From Akkermansiaceae bacterium (GTDB lineage Bacteria; Verrucomicrobiota; Verrucomicrobiia; Verrucomicrobiales; Akkermansiaceae): 64,000 nt of DNA. A model generated the notes under the pieces. The model was not told the DNA's origin. It ran no database searches and saw nothing but the letters and a program-made list of their open reading frames with translations. Where the stretch lies: the NCBI GenBank assembly GCA_026461385.1, contig JAPJNB010000043.1:4718-68717 (forward strand). Direction: 5' to 3'. Shown here piece after piece: positions 56,492 through 64,000 of the stretch (its first letter is position 1; each line of letters begins with the position of its first letter). The position numbers were made by a program, and so were the translations under genes.

Positions 56492-57760
56492 ATGGCAAAA
56501 AATTCAAAATCCATCGCTCAATCCTACAAGCTCGCCCAAGCCCGATATGCCGATCTCGGTGTTGATACCGAGGCCGCAATGACCAAGCTCGCCGGCATTC
56601 CGATTTCACTGCATTGCTGGCAAGGCGATGACGTCGGCGGCTTCGAAAGTAGCGGCGAAGGCCTCAGCGGCGGCATCGCCGTGACCGGAAACTATCCCGG
56701 CAAGGCTCGCACGCCCGACGAACTCCGTGCTGACCTCGACAAGGCGCTTTCTCTCATCCCCGGCAAGCACCGCTTGAATCTCCACGCGTTCTACGGCGAG
56801 TTCGGCGGCAAGAAGGTTGATCGCAACGAGATCCGCCCCGAGCATTTTAAAAACTGGATCGACTGGGCGAAGGCCAACGGCATGGGCATGGATTTCAACC
56901 CCACCTGCTTCTCCCATCCGAAGGCGGCCGACGGATTCACGCTCTCTCATCCGAAAAAAGCCATCCGCGATTTTTGGATCGAGCATTGCATCGCCTCTCG
57001 TGAAATTGGTGCGGTCATGGGAAAAGCGCTAGGCTCGCCGACGGTGACTAACGTCTGGATCCCCGACGGTTACAAGGACACGCCGGTTGATCGGTCCGCT
57101 CCGCGCCAGCGCTTGGCCGATTCACTCGACAAGGTGTTCGCCAAAAAGCTCAATCCAAAACACCACCTCGACGCGGTGGAATGCAAACTCTTCGGGATCG
57201 GCAGCGAGAGTTATGTCGTCGGCTCGCACGAATTCTACATGGGCTACGCGATCAAGAATCAAAAAGTCCTCTGCCTCGACGCCGGCCATTTCCACCCGAC
57301 CGAAGGCATCGCGGACAAACTCAGCTCCGCGCTGATGTATGTTCCTGAAATCCTGCTCCATGTCAGCCGCGGCGTCCGTTGGGACAGCGACCACGTCGTC
57401 ACACTCGACGACGCGCTGCAATCGATCGCCGCCGAACTCGTGCGCAACAAGCTGCTCGCCCGCACCCACATCGGCCTCGATTTCTTCGACGCCAGCATCA
57501 ACCGCATCGCCGCGTGGACCATCGGTACCCGCAACACGCTCAAGGCCTTGCTCATGGCCCTGCTCGAGCCCGATGCCCTCCGCGATTCGGAAAAATCTGG
57601 CGACTACACCACGCGCCTCGCGCTCATGGAGGAAGCCAAGTCCCTGCCATGGGGTGCCGTCTGGGACGCCTATTGCGAATCCCAAAATGTCCCCGCCGGT
57701 GCCGATTGGCTGGCCGAGGTGAAGAGCTACGAAAATTCTGTCCTGAGCAAGCGCGCTTGA
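56492..57760 (+). CDS. rhaA: L-rhamnose isomerase
   Basis: [78 protein letters not shown] and [12 protein letters not shown]. Confidence 0.95.
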   Translation: MAKNSKSIAQSYKLAQARYADLGVDTEAAMTKLAGIPISLHCWQGDDVGGFESSGEGLSGGIAVTGNYPGKARTPDELRADLDKALSLIPGKHRLNLHAFYGEFGGKKVDRNEIRPEHFKNWIDWAKANGMGMDFNPTCFSHPKAADGFTLSHPKKAIRDFWIEHCIASREIGAVMGKALGSPTVTNVWIPDGYKDTPVDRSAPRQRLADSLDKVFAKKLNPKHHLDAVECKLFGIGSESYVVGSHEFYMGYAIKNQKVLCLDAGHFHPTEGIADKLSSALMYVPEILLHVSRGVRWDSDHVVTLDDALQSIAAELVRNKLLARTHIGLDFFDASINRIAAWTIGTRNTLKALLMALLEPDALRDSEKSGDYTTRLALMEEAKSLPWGAVWDAYCESQNVPAGADWLAEVKSYENSVLSKRA

Positions 57761-57812
57761 TCCAAACCCATCTCAATTACTAAAAAACCTAACACCTAAA
57801 ACCTAAAAAACG

Positions 57813-58988
57813 ATGAGCAACGCAATATTTGGAGTCATTTTTCACTGGCTCGGCGGCTTGGCTTCCGGGAGTTTTTACGTCCCTTACAAGGGCGTTAAAA
57901 AATGGTCCTGGGAGACCTACTGGCTGGTCGGCGGATTCTTCTCGTGGATCATCTGCCCGATCCTCCTCGCCACAGTTCTAACGAAAGATGTGTTTGGCGT
58001 CTTGAGCAGCCAATCCCCTGCCACACTTGGCTGGACCTTTATGTTCGGCGCGTTGTGGGGCACCGGAGGATTGACCTTCGGCCTCGCCATGCGCTATCTC
58101 GGCATGTCGCTGGGCATGGGGGTGGCTCTCGGTTACTGCGCCGCCTTCGGAACGCTGCTTCCGCCGTTTTTCAAGCTGTTTTTCCCGACCATCCCGGTAC
58201 CTGAAACGCTGGTCGAAATCGCTTCAAGCACCGCCGGCAAGGTGACCCTGTTAGGCGTGGGCGTCTGCCTGATTGGAATCTTCATCGCGGCACTTGCGGG
58301 TGCCACTAAGGAGAAGGAAATGTCCGAGGAAGACAAAAAGAAAGCCATCGCCGAGTTCAGTTTCAAAAAAGGCATTCTCGTCGCCACGTTTTCTGGAATC
58401 ATGAGCGCGTGTTTCAGTTTCGGCCTCACGGCTGGAAATCCGATTGGTGAGGCCTCCGCAGCTGCCGGAACGTCGATCATCTGGAGCGGCCTGCCAAAAT
58501 TGATCGTGGTGATGCTTGGCGGCTTTGTGACCAATTTCGTCTGGTGCGTTGGACTGAATATCAAGAACCGCACCGGCTACCAATACCTCGCGTCGCATGC
58601 TCGCCCCGAACACGCTGGATTAACCTCCACCGGTGGCGAACATGGAGGCGGAAGCGCTTCCGGCCCGCAAGCCTCTTCGAGCGATTTGGCAATCCCGATG
58701 TTAGGAAACTACCTGTTCTCCGCCCTCGCAGGCATCACTTGGTATTTCCAGTTTTTCTTCTACACCATGGGTGAAACGCAGATGGGCAAATTTGGCTTTG
58801 CTTCATGGACACTGCACATGGCGAGCATCATCATCTTCAGCACGATGTGGGGTTGGATCTTTCACGAGTGGAAGGGATCCAGCAAAAAGGCCTATCGTTT
58901 GATTGCGTCGGGCATTGCGATATTGATCCTTTCCACCATCATCATCGGGATCGGTACCTACCTCAAGGGCTCCGGTGGCGGCCACTGA
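57813..58988 (+). CDS. rhaT: L-rhamnose/proton symporter
   Basis: SFYVPYKGVKKWSWETYW, GLTFGLAMRYLGMSLG, YFQFFFY and SWTLHMASII...EWKG. Confidence 0.92.
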   Translation: MSNAIFGVIFHWLGGLASGSFYVPYKGVKKWSWETYWLVGGFFSWIICPILLATVLTKDVFGVLSSQSPATLGWTFMFGALWGTGGLTFGLAMRYLGMSLGMGVALGYCAAFGTLLPPFFKLFFPTIPVPETLVEIASSTAGKVTLLGVGVCLIGIFIAALAGATKEKEMSEEDKKKAIAEFSFKKGILVATFSGIMSACFSFGLTAGNPIGEASAAAGTSIIWSGLPKLIVVMLGGFVTNFVWCVGLNIKNRTGYQYLASHARPEHAGLTSTGGEHGGGSASGPQASSSDLAIPMLGNYLFSALAGITWYFQFFFYTMGETQMGKFGFASWTLHMASIIIFSTMWGWIFHEWKGSSKKAYRLIASGIAILILSTIIIGIGTYLKGSGGGH

Positions 58989-59161
58989 CGATTCGAAAAT
59001 GGCTTGTGGGGTGGGGGTCCTTGCAAAGGGTTGCCCACCGAATCGAGGTGCAGCACCATGATTTGTGTGGGAAATTTAAACTTCGCTCATGGTGCGGGCA
59101 GGTTGTCAGGAGCGCCAAGGTCCTCGTAGGCCCCGGGAGCGCTGGCGTCTCCGCCGTGCCC

Positions 59162-59330
59162 GGCACTCGACCATGGCCAGTCGCTGGGTTCGCGGCAGAG
59201 TCCTGCTTTCATAAGATTGCGGTGAATGCAGTCGATGGTGCCTCGCAAATGGTCATCATCACGGATGAACCGGTCTCAATATTCACGTATCCAGACTTGG
59301 TGCGGATGAGTTGCGTCCTTGCGACGAACT
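59162..59330 (-). pseudogene. Decayed 3' fragment of a REP-associated tyrosine (RAYT / IS200-like Y1) transposase
   Basis: Minus strand reads HQVWIREY*DRFIRDDDHLRGTIDCIHRNLMKAGLCREPSDWPWSSA, matching the RAYT C-terminal pattern WQxxYWDRxIR...YIxxNPVKAGL...WxWSS. It has an in-frame TGA at 59276-59278 and Cys at the catalytic-Tyr position. Confidence 0.7.
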
Positions 59331-59442
59331 GGCTTCGGACCGTGCCTTGATGACTCGGCTCGGCTCTTGTCTGGAATACTACCCGAAACCCCCATCGACT
59401 CGGAATTTTCTGATAGGCTTATCGTTCTCTTCAACTTGTCTG

Positions 59443-59473
59443 GGAAACAAATTTCACTTGGAAACAAATTTCA
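59443..59473 (+). repeat. Direct repeat in the AT-rich promoter region
   Basis: GGAAACAAATTTCA at 59443 and 59460 (17-bp period). Confidence 0.6.
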
Positions 59474-59847
59474 ATTTGGGTGAGAAATTGAAATAAAATG
59501 CAATTTGTATAGAAAATTAAAATGGTGGCGACGACGGACGGAATTTTGTTTACAAAATGGCCAGATTCGCAATTTTGGCGGTGCTGGTTCAATCAGCTTC
59601 TCTTGCCTCCCTCCGGTCCCCTCATGAACTTTCTCAACGGTCTTCACCCCAAAAGCAATCCCCTCGCATTCGCGCCGATGATCGCAGCTGCTGCCTGCTT
59701 TTTCACCTAGTGCCGATCAGTGAATCTTATGGCGGATGATATGTAAAATTATCCTCTGCAATGCTTATTCGATAAAGTTGCCCATCGAAGTAATTTCGGT
59801 ATCCACCCCTCAAGCCCCCTCAGCAGTACCCGCTGAATTTAATCCTC

Positions 59848-62800
59848 ATGAATTTCTTCCCGTCTCCTATGTCCACCTCCATTCCCTCCTCCGCTCTTGT
59901 CCGCCGCGTCCGCGCTGCGATCGCCGTCCTGCCCGCAGCCGCCTTCTTCACCGCCGCGCCCCTCGGCGCCCAGACCACCTTTTACTGGGACCTCGATACC
60001 GCGACCGGCAGTGGCAGCACTTCCACCACCGCCAACGGCACGTGTGATACCACCACGACCAACTGGACCACCAGCACCGGCCTAACGGGCGATCTAAGCG
60101 ACACCTCCGCCTCCACTTGGTTAAATAGTGCAGCCACCCCTAACAACGCCGTCTTCTCCGCCGCCGCCGACATCACGGGTGCTTCCACCATCACCCTCTC
60201 CTCTGCCGTGAATGCCAGTAACCTCGTTTTCGAGGAAGGTACCGTCACCATCGCCGGCGGCACGCTCACCCTCGGCAGCTCCACCAGCGCCACCAGCCCT
60301 TCCGTGTCGGTCGCTTCCGGCCTGACCGCCACCATCGCCTCCGTCGTCGCCGGCGATGACGGCCTTACCAAGACCGGAACCGGCACCCTTACCCTCTCCG
60401 GGGCCAACACCTATACCGGTGAGACCACCATCAACGCCGGCACCCTCGCCCTCGGCGCGGCGAACCGCATCGCCGACACCTCCACATTAAACGTTTCCGT
60501 GGGTGCAACCTTCGATCTTGGTAGCTTCTCCGAGACTGTCGGTGCGATCAATGACACATACGGAAGCTCGGGCGGCACGATTAAGCTGGGTTCGGGCACC
60601 CTCACTTTTGGCGGCGCTGACTCCAGTTATTTCGCCACAGCCATATCTGGTTCTGGTGGTATCACAAAAATCGGTAACACTAACGCGGTCCTCGTGGGCA
60701 TGAATACTTACACGGGACCGACCATAATCAGCGCTGGCTCCCTGACCTTCGCTAATGCGGCGCCCGGCAGCACCCCCGATACCTCCGCAGTAAGCGTCGC
60801 CGCTGGGGCCACTCTTAACTTCTTATATAGCGGAGCTAAAATCGGTTCCCTTGCTGGAGCCGGCACCGTATGGTTAAGTGATGCTTGTGATAACCTGATT
60901 CTAGGAGGCAACAATAGTTCGACTACCTTTTCGGGCGTTATCCAAGCCGACGCCCCTTATCTACCGAACACCGGTTTCTATCTCATCAGAGGCGACACAA
61001 GCGGTGGTATCACAAAAATAGGCACAGGCACGCTCACCCTTTCGGGAGCCAGTACCTACACCGGAGCGACGACCATCAGCGCCGGGACACTTGCCTTGGG
61101 CGCGGCCAATCGTATCGCCGACACCTCCAGTTTGATCGTCGGCTCCGGCACCACTTTTAACCTAGCTGGCTTCGCCGAAACCGTCGGAGCCCTTTCCGGC
61201 GGCGGTAATATCACCCTAGGCAACGCCACCCTTACTTTCGGCGGCAGAAACTCATCCGACACCTTTTCCGGTGTGGTTTCTGGCACGGGCGGTCTGACCA
61301 AGACCGGCACCGGTGCGCAAATCTTGTCGGGGGCCAATACCTACTCCGGCACCACCACCATCAGCGGCGGCGGTTCCGTCCAGTTCGCCTCCGCCGCCAA
61401 TCTCGGCACCGGATCCATCAGTCTCAGCGACGGCAAGCTGATCTGGGCCTCTGGGAACACTGCCGATGTTTCTTCCCGTTTCGCCGCCCTCGGGGCCTCG
61501 GGTGCCACGTTCGACACCAACGGCAACGACATCGCCTTCGCCTCCGCCCTTTCCGGCACCGGCCGACTGGTCAAGATCGGAGCCGGCGTTCTAAGCCTAA
61601 CGGCGAACAATACCTACTCTGGTGGCACCGCCGTCACCGGCGGCACTCTCGGTTTTTCTCGCCTCGCAAGCTTAGGTACTGGCAACGTGACGCTCGACGA
61701 TTCCACCCTGCGCTGGAATACCGGCAACACCGCCGACGTCTCCGCTCGGCTCGCCACGATCGGTGCCTATGGTGCGACTTTTGATACCAATGGCAACAAC
61801 GTCACCTTCGCCACCGGTTTATCCAGCGACTCCAAAACAAGCGCACCCTCAGGTATAGTAATTAACGGTGGATTGACAAAAACTGGCACTGGCACCCTCA
61901 CTCTCTCGGGTGTCAACACCTATATTGGCACGACTACCATCAGCGCCGGCACGCTCTCCCTCGGCGCGGCCAATCGTATCGCCGACGCCTCCCCCGTCAG
62001 CGTCGCCTCGGGTGCCACCTTTAACCTGGCCGGGTTCGCCGAGACCGTGGGGGCCCTTTCCGGTGCCGGCAACGTCACCCTCGGCGCAGGCACTCTGACC
62101 TTTGGCGGCAGAAACTCATCCGATACCTTTTCTGGCGTGGTGACTGGCACGGGCGGCCTCACCAAGACGGGTACCGGCACCCAAACGCTATCCGGGGCCA
62201 ATACCTACTCCGGCGCGACCACCATCTCCGGCGGCTCCATTCTCTTTTCTACCTCCGCCAGTTTAGGTACCGGTTCTCTCACGCTCAACGGCGGCGGGTT
62301 GGTCTGGGGCACTGGAAACACCCTAGACGTATCTTCTCGCCTCGCCGCCCTCGGCGCCAACGGTGCCACCTTCGACACCAATGGTAACAATGTGGCCATT
62401 ACTTCGGTTCTTTCCGGCACGGGCCGCCTGACTAAAGTCGGGAGTGGCGTCCTTAACCTTGGGGGGACCAATACCTATTCTGGCGGCACCGCGATTACCG
62501 GTGGCGCGGTTAGTTTTTCCACCCTCGCCAATCTTGGCGCTACCGGGGCAAATGTGACGCTCGATGGCGGCAGCTTGCGCTGGAACACCAGTAGCACGGT
62601 CGATGTTTCCAGTCGCCTCGCCGCCCTCGGCGCCTCCGGTGCCACCTTCGATACCAACGGCAACAACGTCGCCTTCGCTACCGCCCTTTCCGGGTCCGGT
62701 GGCCTTGCCAAAACTGGCAGCGGCACGCTTACGTTTTCCGGGGCAAATACCTATACTGGAAACACGACGGTGACCGCCGGCATCCTCGCCCTCGGCGCGG

Positions 62801-64000
62801 CCAACCGCATCGCCGATGCGTCCGCCCTGAGCGTCGCCTCGGGCGCGACCTTTAACCTCGCCAACTTTGCCGAAACCGTCGGAGCCCTTTCCGGCGGCGG
62901 TAATATCACCTTGGGCAACGCCACCCTTACTTTCGGCGGAAAAAACACCTCCGACGCCTTCAGCGGCGTCATTTCAGGCACTGGAAGCCTCGCCAAGACC
63001 GGCACCGGCACAGCCACGCTTTCCGGCGTCAACACCTACACCGGTGGCACCACCGTCACCGGCGGCTCCATTCTTTTCTCTACCTCCGCCAATTTAGGCA
63101 CCGGCAACATCACGCTCAACGGCGGGGGCTTGACTTGGGGCCCAAGCAACACGGCCGATATTTCGTCCCGCCTAAACGCCCTCGGAGCCTCTGGTGCCAC
63201 CTTCGACACCAATGGTAACAACGTCTCCTTCGCCACCGCCCTTAGTGGCACCTGGTTCACCAAAGCCGGCGCGGGCACCTTGACTCTCAACGCCGCCAAC
63301 ACCTACACCGGGCGCACCTCCATCTCCGGCGGCACACTTGCCCTGGGTGCCTCCAACCGCATTCCCGACGCCCAGCTATTCATTTCTGAAGGCGCCACCC
63401 TAAATCTCGCCGGCTTCTCCGAGTCCATCGCGGCCGATATCAGTATCTACGGCAATATCAACCTAGGCTCCGGCACTTTCGCAGGCGGCGGCTTTAACGA
63501 CTCATCAGTCGGTGGCGTCATCTCCGGCACCGGCGGCTTCACCAAGATCGGCACCGGCACTCTGGATTTCACCGGAGCCAACACCTACACCGGAGCGACC
63601 ACCATCAGCGCGGGCACGCTTAACCTACAAGCGCCGAACACCACCTCCAGCGCCTCGGCAGTGAACATCGCTTCGGGCGCCACCCTGGCCGTCTATTACG
63701 AAAATACCGTCGCCGCCCTGACTGGTTCGGGTAATCTTGAGCTCACGGGTTCTTTTTTCACGCCTGGCGGCGTGCTCACCTTTGGCGCCAACAACATGTC
63801 GAATACCTTCTCTGGCTCGGCCACCGGCGTTGGCGGGCTCATCAAAACCGGCACCGGCACCCAGACCCTCACCGGCAACAATACCTTCACCGGCCAGACC
63901 ATCATCAACGGTGGCACGGTCGTCCTCGCCGGCGGTACCAGCCTTTATGGCGATTCTTTCGTGAACAACGGCAGCACGCTGCGTGTCACAGCCGCGAACG
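59848..64000 (+). CDS. Very large secreted protein with autotransporter-associated (passenger) beta-strand repeats; 5' part only, truncated by the window end
   Basis: Absent from the ORF track because no stop occurs in the window. Frame 1 reads open from ATG 59848/59869 (MSTSIPSSALVRRVRAAIAVLPAAAFFTAAPLGAQTTFYWD) to 64000, with about 13 copies of LTKxGxGTLTLSGxNTYxGxTxIxxG. Confidence 0.92.
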   Translation, partial: MNFFPSPMSTSIPSSALVRRVRAAIAVLPAAAFFTAAPLGAQTTFYWDLDTATGSGSTSTTANGTCDTTTTNWTTSTGLTGDLSDTSASTWLNSAATPNNAVFSAAADITGASTITLSSAVNASNLVFEEGTVTIAGGTLTLGSSTSATSPSVSVASGLTATIASVVAGDDGLTKTGTGTLTLSGANTYTGETTINAGTLALGAANRIADTSTLNVSVGATFDLGSFSETVGAINDTYGSSGGTIKLGSGTLTFGGADSSYFATAISGSGGITKIGNTNAVLVGMNTYTGPTIISAGSLTFANAAPGSTPDTSAVSVAAGATLNFLYSGAKIGSLAGAGTVWLSDACDNLILGGNNSSTTFSGVIQADAPYLPNTGFYLIRGDTSGGITKIGTGTLTLSGASTYTGATTISAGTLALGAANRIADTSSLIVGSGTTFNLAGFAETVGALSGGGNITLGNATLTFGGRNSSDTFSGVVSGTGGLTKTGTGAQILSGANTYSGTTTISGGGSVQFASAANLGTGSISLSDGKLIWASGNTADVSSRFAALGASGATFDTNGNDIAFASALSGTGRLVKIGAGVLSLTANNTYSGGTAVTGGTLGFSRLASLGTGNVTLDDSTLRWNTGNTADVSARLATIGAYGATFDTNGNNVTFATGLSSDSKTSAPSGIVINGGLTKTGTGTLTLSGVNTYIGTTTISAGTLSLGAANRIADASPVSVASGATFNLAGFAETVGALSGAGNVTLGAGTLTFGGRNSSDTFSGVVTGTGGLTKTGTGTQTLSGANTYSGATTISGGSILFSTSASLGTGSLTLNGGGLVWGTGNTLDVSSRLAALGANGATFDTNGNNVAITSVLSGTGRLTKVGSGVLNLGGTNTYSGGTAITGGAVSFSTLANLGATGANVTLDGGSLRWNTSSTVDVSSRLAALGASGATFDTNGNNVAFATALSGSGGLAKTGSGTLTFSGANTYTGNTTVTAGILALGAANRIADASALSVASGATFNLANFAETVGALSGGGNITLGNATLTFGGKNTSDAFSGVISGTGSLAKTGTGTATLSGVNTYTGGTTVTGGSILFSTSANLGTGNITLNGGGLTWGPSNTADISSRLNALGASGATFDTNGNNVSFATALSGTWFTKAGAGTLTLNAANTYTGRTSISGGTLALGASNRIPDAQLFISEGATLNLAGFSESIAADISIYGNINLGSGTFAGGGFNDSSVGGVISGTGGFTKIGTGTLDFTGANTYTGATTISAGTLNLQAPNTTSSASAVNIASGATLAVYYENTVAALTGSGNLELTGSFFTPGGVLTFGANNMSNTFSGSATGVGGLIKTGTGTQTLTGNNTFTGQTIINGGTVVLAGGTSLYGDSFVNNGSTLRVTAAN

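Noticed and set aside
56056-56514. 152-aa minus-strand ORF between araC and rhaA
   Set aside because: It overlaps both flanking genes, spans a probable promoter region and has no recognisable domain.
58805-59350. 181-aa plus-strand ORF
   Set aside because: It overlaps the rhaT 3' end and is antisense to the transposase relic; no motif.
59982-63917. Series of minus-strand Pro/Val-rich ORFs
   Set aside because: They are antisense shadows of the plus-strand repeat gene; their periodicity mirrors it.
1-64000. rRNA, tRNA, riboswitches, defence systems, prophage
   Set aside because: None recognised by eye. A covariance-model search (tRNAscan-SE, Rfam/Infernal) of the intergenic regions 7840-8100, 19414-20107, 33454-34031, 56140-56491 and 58989-59847 would be needed to exclude small RNAs.

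Overview
Bacterial chromosomal window, most likely from a Verrucomicrobiota genome (Luteolibacter-like). This is inferred from a PEP-CTERM protein, prepilin-like proteins with degenerate H-X9-DG tails, passenger-associated beta-strand repeat proteins and a TGTTC-N4-GAACA LexA box. Left to right: (1) a beta-1,3-glucan locus (GH16, pilin-like protein, GPH-family MFS, probable GH149 phosphorylase, LacI); (2) an AraC-linked hydroxyproline catabolic cluster; (3) an SOS-boxed imuA-imuB-dnaE2 cassette; (4) a small CxxC protein and a phased 21-bp repeat array; (5) a complete chemosensory operon (cheA-cheW-mcp-cheR-cheB-cheX-cheY-like) running directly into a REC-adenylate cyclase, an MBL-fold hydrolase, an ABC exporter with a cNMP-binding domain and a stand-alone cNMP-binding protein; (6) an ~18 kb LacI-linked glycan-utilisation locus in which three transcription units start with the same promoter/operator and the same ~190-aa domain, and which encodes two paralogous unassigned TIM-barrel-like enzymes, a GH95/GH65-like protein, a pilin-like protein and a sulfatase; (7) sugar isomerase/MFS, AraC, rhaA, rhaT; (8) a decayed RAYT-type transposase fragment; (9) the 5' part of a very large beta-strand-repeat surface protein running off the window end. 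The best candidate for an undescribed system is the chemosensory-to-cAMP module (20.1-32.3 kb). Second is the triplicated promoter-plus-domain glycan locus (33.9-52.1 kb). No rRNA, tRNA or CRISPR array was seen. All family calls are from motif recognition by eye, not database searches.
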